A stretch of 64,000 nt of DNA, from assembly GCF_003991155.1 (NCBI RefSeq), contig NZ_CP031293.1; one strand, written 5' to 3'. A model generated the notes under the pieces. That model saw nothing but the letters and a program-made list of their open reading frames with translations, was not told the origin of the DNA and made no database searches. Each line of letters opens with the position of its first letter. Positions within the stretch are counted from its first letter, which is position 1. Of the stretch, positions 43,821 through 56,288 are shown piece by piece. This stretch comes from Escherichia coli. GTDB taxonomy: Bacteria > Pseudomonadota > Gammaproteobacteria > Enterobacterales > Enterobacteriaceae. The position numbers and the translations under genes are program-made.

Positions 43821-45182
43821 ATGTTTAAACCGGAACTCCTTTCCCCGGCGGGAACGCTGAAAAATATGCGTTACGCTTTCGCTTATGGCGCAGATGCTGT
43901 TTATGCGGGCCAGCCGCGTTACTCCCTGCGTGTGCGCAACAACGAATTCAACCACGAAAATCTCCAGCTCGGCATCAATGAAGCCCACGCGCTGGGGAAA
44001 AAGTTTTATGTCGTGGTCAACATTGCACCGCACAACGCCAAGCTGAAAACCTTTATCCGTGACCTGAAACCGGTGGTGGAGATGGGGCCGGATGCGCTGA
44101 TTATGTCCGATCCAGGGCTGATTATGCTGGTGCGCGAGCACTTCCCTGAAATGCCGATCCACCTCTCGGTGCAGGCTAACGCCGTGAACTGGGCGACGGT
44201 GAAATTCTGGCAGCAAATGGGACTGACCCGCGTGATCCTCTCTCGCGAGCTGTCGCTGGAAGAGATTGAAGAGATCCGTAATCAGGTGCCGGATATGGAG
44301 ATCGAGATCTTCGTTCACGGTGCGCTGTGCATGGCCTACTCCGGTCGCTGCCTGCTCTCTGGCTATATCAACAAGCGCGACCCGAACCAGGGCACCTGCA
44401 CCAACGCCTGCCGCTGGGAGTACAACGTCCAGGAAGGGAAAGAAGATGACGTTGGCAACATCGTGCACAAGTACGAGCCGATTCCGGTGCAAAATGTTGA
44501 GCCGACGCTGGGCATCGGCGCGCCAACCGACAAAGTGTTTATGATCGAAGAAGCTCAGCGTCCGGGCGAGTATATGACTGCGTTTGAAGATGAGCACGGC
44601 ACTTACATCATGAACTCGAAAGATCTGCGCGCTATCGCCCACGTTGAACGCCTGACCAAAATGGGCGTGCATTCGCTGAAAATCGAAGGTCGTACAAAAT
44701 CTTTCTACTATTGCGCACGCACCGCGCAGGTTTACCGTAAAGCTATCGATGACGCAGCTGCGGGAAAACCATTCGATACCAGCCTGCTGGAAACTCTGGA
44801 AGGTCTGGCGCATCGTGGCTATACCGAAGGTTTCCTGCGTCGTCATACTCACGACGATTATCAGAACTACGAATACGGTTATTCAGTTTCTGACCGCCAG
44901 CAGTTTGTTGGTGAGTTTACCGGTGAGCGCAAGGGCGACCTCGCGGCGGTAGCGGTGAAAAATAAATTCTCCGTTGGCGACAGCCTTGAGCTGATGACGC
45001 CGCAAGGGAACATTAACTTTACCCTTGAGCATATGGAAAACGCCAAAGGCGAAGCAATGCCGGTCGCACCGGGCGATGGTTATACTGTGTGGATCCCGGT
45101 GCCGCAGGATCTTGAGCTAAATTACGCGCTGCTGATGCGTAATTTCTCCGGGGAAACCACGCGTAACCCCCACGGTAAGTGA
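43821..45182 (+). CDS. yegQ: U32-family peptidase-like protein (rRNA hydroxylation-associated)
   Basis: 453-aa ORF MFKPELLSPAGTLKNMRYAFAYGADAVYAGQPRYSLR... Confidence 0.92.
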   Translation: MFKPELLSPAGTLKNMRYAFAYGADAVYAGQPRYSLRVRNNEFNHENLQLGINEAHALGKKFYVVVNIAPHNAKLKTFIRDLKPVVEMGPDALIMSDPGLIMLVREHFPEMPIHLSVQANAVNWATVKFWQQMGLTRVILSRELSLEEIEEIRNQVPDMEIEIFVHGALCMAYSGRCLLSGYINKRDPNQGTCTNACRWEYNVQEGKEDDVGNIVHKYEPIPVQNVEPTLGIGAPTDKVFMIEEAQRPGEYMTAFEDEHGTYIMNSKDLRAIAHVERLTKMGVHSLKIEGRTKSFYYCARTAQVYRKAIDDAAAGKPFDTSLLETLEGLAHRGYTEGFLRRHTHDDYQNYEYGYSVSDRQQFVGEFTGERKGDLAAVAVKNKFSVGDSLELMTPQGNINFTLEHMENAKGEAMPVAPGDGYTVWIPVPQDLELNYALLMRNFSGETTRNPHGK

Positions 45183-45266
45183 TTAATTTCGATTATTTTT
45201 CCCGGATGGAAAATTCTTAGAAACCGATCACATACAGCTGCATTTATTAAGGTTATCATCCGTTTC

Positions 45267-45353
45267 GCTGAAAAACATAACCCATAAAATGCTAGCTGTA
45301 CCAGGAACCACCTCCTTAGCCTGTGTAATCTCCCTTACACGGGCTTATTTTTT
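45267..45353 (+). ncRNA. cyaR: CyaR (RyeE) Hfq-dependent sRNA
   Basis: 87 nt gctgaaaaacataacccataaaatgctagctgtaccaggaaccacctcc...cacgggcttattttttt matches the CyaR sequence as I recall it, ending in a terminator hairpin plus U-run. Confidence 0.85.
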
Positions 45354-45511
45354 ATGCATAAGCCCTATCTCTGGTAACCGTCTTCCATTGACCACATCGA
45401 TAGAATCTCCCTTCATAGCACGATGCCTTTCACTTATTGGCATCGTGCTCGCACAGGTTCCGGTTACGCACAGCCAGAACGCGCATGTTTGACGCTTACC
45501 AAAAAATATTC

Positions 45512-45829
45512 TCACTCTCCACATTTGAATGTCAGACGAGCGACGCCATGTAATCCTGCACCTTCTGTCTTCAATTTAACTATCTGCATTTTTTTGCCCT
45601 GTGTAACACAGAAATGAACTGCATCATTTTTTACTATATTTTCTGCACCAGATATTCTACCCCTGGCTAAAGAAGCTTCGGCTTCGGTGTAGTATTGGTT
45701 ATCGAGTTTACGCTGAATATTACTTTTATATGCAAGACCAAATTTACCGATACTTGTCTCATCATTATGTACAGCACACCCAGACATAAGAAAAACACTA
45801 ATTAATGATATAGCAGCTATCTTTTTCAT
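45512..45829 (-). CDS. yegR: lipoprotein-like small protein
   Basis: ORF-track entry trimmed to MKKIAAISLISVFLMSGC... (signal peptide with lipobox), GGGGAAGG SD upstream. Confidence 0.8.
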   Translation of the reverse strand: MKKIAAISLISVFLMSGCAVHNDETSIGKFGLAYKSNIQRKLDNQYYTEAEASLARGRISGAENIVKNDAVHFCVTQGKKMQIVKLKTEGAGLHGVARLTFKCGE

Positions 45830-46244
45830 CTTACCTTCCCCCATTAAATACCAACGACACGCTCTGGTGTTTAAATATAATAATGGCATGATTATTATAA
45901 TTGAATAGGATTATAATAAATGTTCTGTACAACATTTCCTACATAAGTAGGAATTACATACACGGATGCCCTTCCGGGTAACCCCATGGGGGGGGGGTAA
46001 TATATTTTTAATAGTAGATTGAAGATGCCACTGTTTAGTTGAATATTAGGTATATGCTCTTTTTTGAAATTTATCGGTGGCTGCCGTTAATATTCGCTGT
46101 TCCCATTGCAAGCTCCTGGTGGTAACCACTGAATCCCCATACCTGAACTGACTTTTTATCCTCCGACTTTCATCCTGTTCTGACTCCACCTTTTCTTTTC
46201 TGCTCTACACTATCTACAGACCAATCATAAAGGCACATACGATC

Positions 46245-47144
46245 ATGGCAGAATTTCCCGCCAGCTTACTGATTCTTAATGGCAAAAGTACTGACAATCT
46301 ACCCTTGCGCGAAGCAATTATGCTGTTGCGTGAGGAAGGAATGACGATCCATGTGCGGGTCACCTGGGAGAAAGGCGATGCCGCACGATATGTAGAGGAG
46401 GCCCGGAAGTTGGGCGTCGCAACGGTGATTGCCGGTGGTGGCGATGGCACCATTAATGAAGTTTCTACGGCGTTGATTCAGTGTGAGGGGGATGACATAC
46501 CCGCGCTGGGAATTTTGCCATTAGGAACCGCCAATGATTTTGCCACCAGTGTAGGGATTCCTGAGGCACTGGATAAGGCGCTGAAACTGGCAATTGCCGG
46601 TAACGCCATTGCAATAGATATGGCGCAGGTCAACAAACAAACCTGTTTTATTAATATGGCGACAGGCGGATTTGGGACGCGTATTACCACAGAAACGCCG
46701 GAAAAATTAAAAGCCGCGCTGGGTGGCGTCTCTTACATCATTCATGGCTTAATGCGCATGGATACTCTGCAACCGGACCGTTGTGAAATCCGCGGTGAAA
46801 ACTTTCACTGGCAAGGTGACGCCCTGGTCATTGGTATTGGTAACGGGCGTCAGGCTGGTGGCGGTCAGCAATTGTGCCCGAACGCGTTAATTAACGATGG
46901 CTTGCTGCAACTGCGCATTTTTACCGGCGATGAAATTCTTCCGGCTCTCGTATCAACCTTAAAATCTGACGAAGATAACCCGAATATTATCGAAGGCGCT
47001 TCGTCGTGGTTTGATATACAAGCCCCACACGAAATCACTTTTAATCTTGATGGCGAACCGTTGAGCGGACAAAACTTTCATATTGAAATACTTCCGGCGG
47101 CGTTGCGTTGTCGATTACCACCGGATTGTCCATTATTGCGTTAA
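46245..47144 (+). CDS. yegS: lipid kinase (DAG-kinase catalytic family)
   Basis: 299-aa [21 protein letters not shown]... GGDGT motif ([10 protein letters not shown]). Confidence 0.92.
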   Translation: MAEFPASLLILNGKSTDNLPLREAIMLLREEGMTIHVRVTWEKGDAARYVEEARKLGVATVIAGGGDGTINEVSTALIQCEGDDIPALGILPLGTANDFATSVGIPEALDKALKLAIAGNAIAIDMAQVNKQTCFINMATGGFGTRITTETPEKLKAALGGVSYIIHGLMRMDTLQPDRCEIRGENFHWQGDALVIGIGNGRQAGGGQQLCPNALINDGLLQLRIFTGDEILPALVSTLKSDEDNPNIIEGASSWFDIQAPHEITFNLDGEPLSGQNFHIEILPAALRCRLPPDCPLLR

Positions 47145-47164
47145 TCAAACTATTCTCTCTTGAA

Positions 47165-47220
47165 CCAGGGAAAATCCGTAATGCCGGATGCGGTGTAAAC
47201 AACTTATCCGGCATACAGAA
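47165..47220. repeat. REP-like palindromic element
   Basis: tgccggatgcggtgtaaacaacttatccggcat motif between yegS and gatR. Confidence 0.5.
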
Positions 47221-47225
47221 CAATA

Positions 47226-48005
47226 CTACACCGTAATTAATTTCACTCGTGTCTTCTGCAATGCCAGTTTATCCACCTCTGACACAGCATCGTCGGTAAT
47301 AATAATGTCAATTTTTTCGATTGGCAGTACCTGATTAAAACCGCGACGATTAAATTTCGATGAATCGAGAACGGCAATCACTTTATTTGCGGCTGTGACC
47401 ATCGCCCCGCTAATCGAATAGCCTTCATTAAAGGTCGTAATACCATTAACCGCATCAATACCATCAGCACCGACAAACATTAAATCGGCATTAATATCCT
47501 GCAATGAACGCTCAGCAATGGAGCCATGCATCGAGCGCGTTTTATGGCGGACCGTGCCACCGCAGACGACCAGAGTAATGTCTTTATTTTCGGAAAGGGC
47601 AAATGCTGCCGGGAGACTGTTGGTAATCACCGTGATATTTTTGGCGGTCATTAATCCTTCGGCGATAAGCATTGTCGTACTTCCGCTGTCGAGAATAACG
47701 GTCATCCCTTCGTGGATCATTTTGACTGCCGCCTGCGCTATTCTGTTTTTTGGCGCGCTGGCGAGCTGAAATCGCTCTTTAAACCCGACTTCCTGGGTCT
47801 CGGTTTCACTATTACCGGACATTATTTTCGCCGCACCGCCATGAAAGCGCGTAACCACGCCTTTTTGTTCGAGAAAGCGCAAATCGGCACGGATTGTCGC
47901 TTCCGAGGCAGCAAATACTCCCGCCAGATCCTGAACAAGCACGGTTCCCTGTTCATTCACTAATTGGATGATCTTATTCCTTCGCTCGAATGAATTCATC
48001 GTCAT
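47226..48005 (-). CDS. gatR: DeoR-family repressor of galactitol operon (intact)
   Basis: Uninterrupted 259-aa ORF with N-terminal HTH and DeoR sugar-binding domain; the true start may be the third codon (MNSFERR...). Confidence 0.88.
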   Translation of the reverse strand: MTMNSFERRNKIIQLVNEQGTVLVQDLAGVFAASEATIRADLRFLEQKGVVTRFHGGAAKIMSGNSETETQEVGFKERFQLASAPKNRIAQAAVKMIHEGMTVILDSGSTTMLIAEGLMTAKNITVITNSLPAAFALSENKDITLVVCGGTVRHKTRSMHGSIAERSLQDINADLMFVGADGIDAVNGITTFNEGYSISGAMVTAANKVIAVLDSSKFNRRGFNQVLPIEKIDIIITDDAVSEVDKLALQKTRVKLITV

Positions 48006-48104
48006 TTACCCATATTCAATTGTGGCTAGTGTAAACGAAGGGGGACCATTGGTGAATGATCTGTTTTGCACAATACCGGGCCAGCATCACGCTGGCCCGC
48101 GGTT

Positions 48105-49145
48105 TCAGGGAATGAGCAACACTTTGCCCGGCATAGCATTACGAGCGATGTCACGCACCGCCTGGGCGAAGCTTTCAAAGCTTCCACGGTGAGCGATTAA
48201 TGGCTCCAGGCTTAACTTACGTTCTGTCAGCAACCGACTCGCCGTTTCCCACTCCTGCCCCGGCCAAGGGCTGGAGTAGTTCATCCAACTGCCGATAACC
48301 GTCAGCTCTTTACGTAATATTTTGCCAAACGTTGTCGATGTTAAATGCAGATCCTGATGCAACGTGCCCACCAGCGTCAGCTGGGCATGAGGCCCGGCAA
48401 TCTCTACCGCCAGTTCGACGGTTTGCGGGACGCCAGCCGTCTCGAGGATAAGCTGATTAAAGCGCAGCTCGCGTAAAACGCCCTGCATTTGCGGCGCGCT
48501 CATTTCAAGGCTGTTAAATGTTTGCATCGCACCGAAAGATTTTGCCAGTGCCAGTTTTTCTGAGCTAATGTCGATTGCCGTCACACTCTTTGCTCCCAGC
48601 GCGACAGCGCACTGAATGGCCAGCAGGCCAATGGTTCCGGCACCAATAATAATAACGTTTTTATTCTCACATCCTTGCGCTAAATGGAACGCATGCAGGC
48701 CAACGGTAATCGGTTCAATAAAAGCGCCATCCTCAATAGGCATATCCGCAGGTAGTGCAAAGACATTGTTTCGCTTAACGACAATATATTCGGCAAATCC
48801 ACCATCACGCCGTGAGCCAATAAAATCATATTTTGCGCACTGGGAATAAAACCCTTTCAGACACTCTGGACAAGTAAAACAGGGTAATAACGGCACACAG
48901 GCAACCGCATCGCCGGGGTGTAAATCATCAACACCGGATCCCACCGCATCAATATAGCCGCTAAATTCATGGCCTAACGTTATTGGATAATAATGTGCAC
49001 CATTTTTAAATATCCTGGGTAAATCGGAACCACATAAGCCCGAGCTTGCAATTTTTACCCGCACCTCATCCTGATGTTTAATTTCAGGAATGACGCTTTC
49101 TGCAACGCGCACGATACCATCAGTATCATTCACCACTGATTTCAT
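48105..49145 (-). CDS. gatD: galactitol-1-phosphate 5-dehydrogenase
   Basis: 346-aa Zn-dependent MDR dehydrogenase, MKSVVNDTDGIVRVAE... Confidence 0.93.
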   Translation of the reverse strand: MKSVVNDTDGIVRVAESVIPEIKHQDEVRVKIASSGLCGSDLPRIFKNGAHYYPITLGHEFSGYIDAVGSGVDDLHPGDAVACVPLLPCFTCPECLKGFYSQCAKYDFIGSRRDGGFAEYIVVKRNNVFALPADMPIEDGAFIEPITVGLHAFHLAQGCENKNVIIIGAGTIGLLAIQCAVALGAKSVTAIDISSEKLALAKSFGAMQTFNSLEMSAPQMQGVLRELRFNQLILETAGVPQTVELAVEIAGPHAQLTLVGTLHQDLHLTSTTFGKILRKELTVIGSWMNYSSPWPGQEWETASRLLTERKLSLEPLIAHRGSFESFAQAVRDIARNAMPGKVLLIP

Positions 49146-49192
49146 AAAAACTCCTGATTGTTAAGGGGGATTACCTCCCCCTCAGGTAAAAA

Positions 49193-50548
49193 TTATTCTG
49201 CGAGAACGGCTTTCTCTTGTTTAATAAAACCACGCGCTCTACGCCAGGTCATGAAAATACCGGTCAGATAAATTGCGCCGATAATAATGAAACCGGGAAT
49301 ATTTTGCGGGGAGAAAACCTGAATCAGTAACCAGGTAATGGGAGAACCGCCCTGATCCATTGAAGCCACCATACCCCCGGCTTTTAACGCGCCCGCATTA
49401 GCCGCCAGTTGGGTGTGCAAACCAATAGTTTGCGTAGCGATCCACAGGGTGATGCTCATAATGATGACACCCGAGATTAAGGTGCGGAACAGATTTCCAC
49501 GATGCACCGCGACCGCCATCGCCACAAAGAAGCCGATGGTGGCAAGGTCGCCAAACGGCAGCACCTGATTACCCGGCACACAAACAGCAATTAAAATGGT
49601 GAGCGGGATAAAAATCAGGCTTGCCGATACCACTGCCGTATGCCCCAGCAACAACGCCGGATCAAGGCCAATCAGGAACTCCTGACCGCCGAACTTCGCC
49701 TGTAAACGACTACGGGCCTGCTTAGCGATGGGCGTTAAACCATCCATGATAGGTTTAATCACCCGTGGCATCAGCAGCATAACTGCCGCCGTTTTTACCG
49801 CCAGCTGCAATACACCTTTGACATCGTAACCCGCAAGGATGCCGATAATCAGCCCCATCACAAAACCCACGGTGACCGGTTCGCCAAAAGGGCCAAATTT
49901 GCGCTGAATATCATCGGCGCTAAATTTAATTCGGTTAACGCCTGGGATTTTCTCGATGATAGCATCGACCAGCACCGCAATCGGCCCCATATACGCCGAC
50001 GTACCGTGCGGAATAGCAATGCCTTCCAGCTCAAAGAAATTTCGGGTATCGCGGGCAAACCAGTCGCCGAGCTTATAAACAAACGCCGCGTGAATTACCA
50101 CACCCGCCATCCCTATCATCCATGAACCGGTTGCCAGATGCAGCAACGCGCCGGTGAAGGTCATATGCCAGATATTCCAGATATCAACATTTACCACCCG
50201 CGTCATACGGGTCAGTAACATCGCCACGTTAACCAGAATCGCAATCGGAATCGCCACCAGCGCAATTTGCGACGCCCAGGTCATGGGTGAAGAGCCCGGC
50301 CAGCCGACATCGACCACATGCAGATTCAGGTCGAAATTTTCCGCCATCGCTTTCGCCGCCGGACCAATGGAATCCAGCATTAAGCCAATCACAAGGCCAA
50401 TGCCAACAAAGCCAATCCCGATATGCAGACCCGCTTTAAAGCAATCGCCTGCCTTCATGCCTAATATTTTAGAAAAAATAATGATGACAATCGGCAGCAT
50501 CACCGTAGGGCCGAGGTCGAGAATATAACGCATGACTTCTGAAAACAT
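49193..50548 (-). CDS. gatC: PTS galactitol-specific EIIC
   Basis: 451-aa polytopic membrane ORF. Confidence 0.93.
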   Translation of the reverse strand: MFSEVMRYILDLGPTVMLPIVIIIFSKILGMKAGDCFKAGLHIGIGFVGIGLVIGLMLDSIGPAAKAMAENFDLNLHVVDVGWPGSSPMTWASQIALVAIPIAILVNVAMLLTRMTRVVNVDIWNIWHMTFTGALLHLATGSWMIGMAGVVIHAAFVYKLGDWFARDTRNFFELEGIAIPHGTSAYMGPIAVLVDAIIEKIPGVNRIKFSADDIQRKFGPFGEPVTVGFVMGLIIGILAGYDVKGVLQLAVKTAAVMLLMPRVIKPIMDGLTPIAKQARSRLQAKFGGQEFLIGLDPALLLGHTAVVSASLIFIPLTILIAVCVPGNQVLPFGDLATIGFFVAMAVAVHRGNLFRTLISGVIIMSITLWIATQTIGLHTQLAANAGALKAGGMVASMDQGGSPITWLLIQVFSPQNIPGFIIIGAIYLTGIFMTWRRARGFIKQEKAVLAE

Positions 50549-50551
50549 AGG

Positions 50552-50836
50552 TCACCCCTGTAAGATAGTCAGAATTTTATTTTGTAATGCTTCGATACCG
50601 ACACCAGAAACAAAAGGCATGCCGTGAACTAACGGAATATTGCCAAAACTACGATCTACCCTGGCAGTGGTGCATATCAAATGCACGCCATCCATATAGG
50701 TTTCTATTTCATTAACCCGACACTGGATTAATTCAACAGGAATATTATGACTCTGACACAACTCTTTAATTTCTTCCGCCGCCATCGTAGAGGTCGCAAC
50801 CGCACCTCCGCAAGCGACAATAATTTTGCGTTTCAT
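50552..50836 (-). CDS. gatB: PTS galactitol-specific EIIB
   Basis: 94-aa [25 protein letters not shown]... Confidence 0.93.
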   Translation of the reverse strand: MKRKIIVACGGAVATSTMAAEEIKELCQSHNIPVELIQCRVNEIETYMDGVHLICTTARVDRSFGNIPLVHGMPFVSGVGIEALQNKILTILQG

Positions 50837-50866
50837 AAATAGTCCTTTTTATTGTTACAGAGGGAT

Positions 50867-51319
50867 TTATTCGTCTGAATCTAAAACATACTTTGTGAAG
50901 TATTCCTTTAACTGGGTTTCAGGAAGAGTGATTAGTGTCTCGACGATATCGGGCTGTTGTAACTTGCCAAATAAACAGCGTAAAAGTTTCAATTGCTGCT
51001 GCGGATTTTCCACAATCAACGCAATAACCAACGATACCGCCACGTCGTTATCATCATCCGCTTGCTGAAAATGAACTTTATTTGTTGGCCTTAACAGATA
51101 AATGGCTGACGACTTAGCATGAATCGCCTCACAATGTGGTATTGCAATGGCGTGCTGCTCAAGCATTATCCCGGTAGGGAATTCTGCTTCTCTGGCAATT
51201 AATGCCTGTGGCCAGGTATCATGAACCACACCTTTCGCGAGCATCTCATTACCGATATGGGTTAAAACTTCGCTACGATCGACAAAAGAAATTCCGCTAC
51301 GAACAAACAGGTTAGTCAT
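50867..51319 (-). CDS. gatA: PTS galactitol-specific EIIA
   Basis: 150-aa ORF. Confidence 0.93.
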   Translation of the reverse strand: MTNLFVRSGISFVDRSEVLTHIGNEMLAKGVVHDTWPQALIAREAEFPTGIMLEQHAIAIPHCEAIHAKSSAIYLLRPTNKVHFQQADDDNDVAVSLVIALIVENPQQQLKLLRCLFGKLQQPDIVETLITLPETQLKEYFTKYVLDSDE

Positions 51320-51328
51320 ATACCGTCC

Positions 51329-53528
<2,200 letters not shown>

Positions 53529-53624
53529 TTAAATGTCGAGATAACGATCACAAAAACGACAATTCGAAAATTAATCAGAATGACAGGCAAAAAAACGGCC
53601 TCCCGATAGGGAAGCCGTAGCAAA

Positions 53625-53700
53625 GTGCGCGTGTTTTTATGCCGGATGCGACGTAAACGCCTTTTCCGTTATACGGGGTAGTGCTGTTCGTATAAGGCGT
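53625..53700. repeat. REP-like palindromic elements
   Basis: gccggatgcgacgtaaacgcc and flanking palindromes between gatY and fbaB. Confidence 0.45.
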
Positions 53701-53701
53701 A

Positions 53702-54754
53702 TCAGGCGATAGTAATTTTGCTATCGAGATAAACGTCCTGCACGGCGTTAATCAGTTTCACGCCGTCAGCCATCGATTTCTTGAACGCCTTACGTCCAAG
53801 AATCAGCCCCATTCCGCCAGCGCGTTTGTTGATAACCGCAGTACGCACTGCATCGCTGAGGTCAGTTTCACCGCCCGCAGCACCGCCGGAGTTTATCAAC
53901 CCAGCCCGGCCCATATAGCAGTTAGCTAACTGATAACGCACCAGATCAATCGGGTTTTCGCTGGTCAATTTGCTGTAAACACGATCGTCGGTATAACCGT
54001 AATTAATCGCTTTATAGCCGCCGTTATTTTCCGCCATTTTTTGTTTGACGATATCCGCACCTATGGTCGCCGCCAGATGGTTCGCCTGACCAGTCAGGTC
54101 GGCGGAAACATGGTAATCAACGCCATCTTTCTTAAAGGCGGAGTTACGCAAATAGGCCCACAGCACTGTCACCATGCCCAGCTCGTGCGCACGTTCAAAA
54201 GCCGCAGAAATTTCTTCAATCTGGCGACGTGACTCTTCCGAGCCAAAATAGATAGTCGCACCAACCGCCACCGCGCCCATATTGAACGCCTGCTCCACGC
54301 TGGCATACAGCGTTTGATCGTAGGTATTCGGGTAACTTAGCGTCTCGTTGTGATTAAGTTTGACGAGGAATGGAATGCGATGCGCGTAACGCCGCGATAC
54401 CGATGCCAGCACGCCGTAAGTTGACGCCACACAGTTACAGCCCGCTTCGATCGCCAGTTCAACAATGTTTTTCGGGTCAAAGTAGAGCGGGTTAGCGGCA
54501 AATGAAGCTCCGGCAGAGTGCTCAACGCCCTGGTCAACCGGCAGAATAGAAAGATATCCTGTGCCAGCCAGACGCCCGGTGTTGTACAACGTCTGCATAT
54601 TACGTAACACCGCTGGCGGGCGATTATTGTCAATCATCACGCGGTCTACGTAGTCATGTCCGGGGAGATAAAGCTGGTCAGAAGGAATAGTCATACAACG
54701 GTGCTGTAAAAGGTTGTCGGCGTCTTTGCCAAGCAACTGCGCAATATCTGTCAT
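53702..54754 (-). CDS. fbaB: fructose-bisphosphate aldolase class I
   Basis: ORF-track entry trimmed to [20 protein letters not shown]... (350 aa). Confidence 0.92.
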
Positions 54755-55010
54755 TACTATGCTCCCGTAAATTCCGATTGGATATCGGCTATGGATTGTC
54801 CTGGCCCGCCTTTTGCGGGCAATCATAATCCTGGTCGTTACGGGCGAGTTTTTCCATCTTTTGGATGTTTTTTCAGCGTTTTCTGTTGGCTCGATTCATC
54901 AGAAAAAATGTTACAGCGGTCAAGCTTTCACCGCAAAGGTATTTAAAAGGTATTATTAAGTGGTATTGTCATCGCGTACCTTACATTACCTGTCATGAAG
55001 GAATTAAAAG

Positions 55011-56288
55011 ATGAAAACAACAGCAAAGCTGTCGTTCATGATGTTTGTTGAATGGTTTATCTGGGGCGCGTGGTTTGTGCCATTGTGGTTGTGGTTAAGT
55101 AAAAGCGGTTTTAGTGCCGGAGAAATTGGCTGGTCGTATGCCTGTACCGCCATTGCGGCGATCCTGTCGCCGATTCTGGTTGGCTCCATCACTGACCGCT
55201 TTTTCTCGGCACAGAAAGTGCTGGCGGTATTGATGTTCGCTGGTGCGGTGCTGATGTATTTCGCCGCGCAACAGACCACTTTTGCCGGGTTCTTCCCGTT
55301 ACTGCTGGCCTACTCGCTAACCTATATGCCGACCATTGCGCTGACTAACAGTATCGCTTTTGCCAACGTGCCGGATGTGGAGCGTGATTTCCCGCGCATT
55401 CGTGTGATGGGGACTATCGGCTGGATTGCCTCTGGTCTGGCATGTGGATTCTTGCCGCAAATGCTGGGTTATGCCGATATCTCACCGACGAACATCCCGC
55501 TGCTGATTACTGCCGGAAGTTCTGCTCTGCTTGGTGTGTTTGCGTTTTTTCTGCCCGACACGCCACCAAAAAGCACCGGCAAAATGGATATTAAAGTCAT
55601 GCTCGGCCTGGATGCGCTGATCCTGCTGCGCGATAAGAACTTCCTCGTCTTTTTCTTCTGTTCATTCCTGTTTGCGATGCCACTGGCGTTCTATTACATC
55701 TTTGCCAACGGTTATCTGACCGAAGTTGGCATGAAAAACGCCACTGGCTGGATGACGCTCGGCCAGTTCTCTGAAATCTTCTTTATGCTGGCATTGCCGT
55801 TTTTCACTAAACGCTTTGGTATCAAAAAGGTATTGTTGCTTGGTCTGGTCACCGCTGCGATCCGCTATGGCTTCTTTATTTACGGTAGTGCGGATGAATA
55901 TTTCACCTACGCGTTACTGTTCCTCGGTATTTTGCTGCACGGCGTAAGTTACGATTTTTACTACGTTACCGCATACATCTATGTCGATAAAAAAGCCCCC
56001 GTGCATATGCGTACCGCCGCGCAGGGGCTGATCACGCTCTGCTGCCAGGGCTTCGGCAGTTTGCTCGGCTATCGTCTTGGCGGTGTGATGATGGAAAAGA
56101 TGTTCGCTTATCAGGAACCGGTAAACGGACTGACTTTCAACTGGGCCGGGATGTGGACTTTCGGCGCGGTGATGATTGCCATTATCGCCGTGCTGTTCAT
56201 GATTTTTTTCCGCGAATCCGACAACGAAATTACGGCTATCAAGGTCGATGATCGCGATATTGCGTTGACACAAGGGGAAGTTAAATGA
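55011..56288 (+). CDS. yegT: nucleoside:H+ symporter family MFS transporter
   Basis: 425-aa 12-TM ORF; ATG with gaaggaa SD. Confidence 0.88.
   Translation: MKTTAKLSFMMFVEWFIWGAWFVPLWLWLSKSGFSAGEIGWSYACTAIAAILSPILVGSITDRFFSAQKVLAVLMFAGAVLMYFAAQQTTFAGFFPLLLAYSLTYMPTIALTNSIAFANVPDVERDFPRIRVMGTIGWIASGLACGFLPQMLGYADISPTNIPLLITAGSSALLGVFAFFLPDTPPKSTGKMDIKVMLGLDALILLRDKNFLVFFFCSFLFAMPLAFYYIFANGYLTEVGMKNATGWMTLGQFSEIFFMLALPFFTKRFGIKKVLLLGLVTAAIRYGFFIYGSADEYFTYALLFLGILLHGVSYDFYYVTAYIYVDKKAPVHMRTAAQGLITLCCQGFGSLLGYRLGGVMMEKMFAYQEPVNGLTFNWAGMWTFGAVMIAIIAVLFMIFFRESDNEITAIKVDDRDIALTQGEVK

Noticed and set aside
45289-45492. 67-aa ORF overlapping the CyaR sRNA
   Set aside because: Overlaps a recognisable sRNA and its terminator; no SD; almost certainly non-coding.
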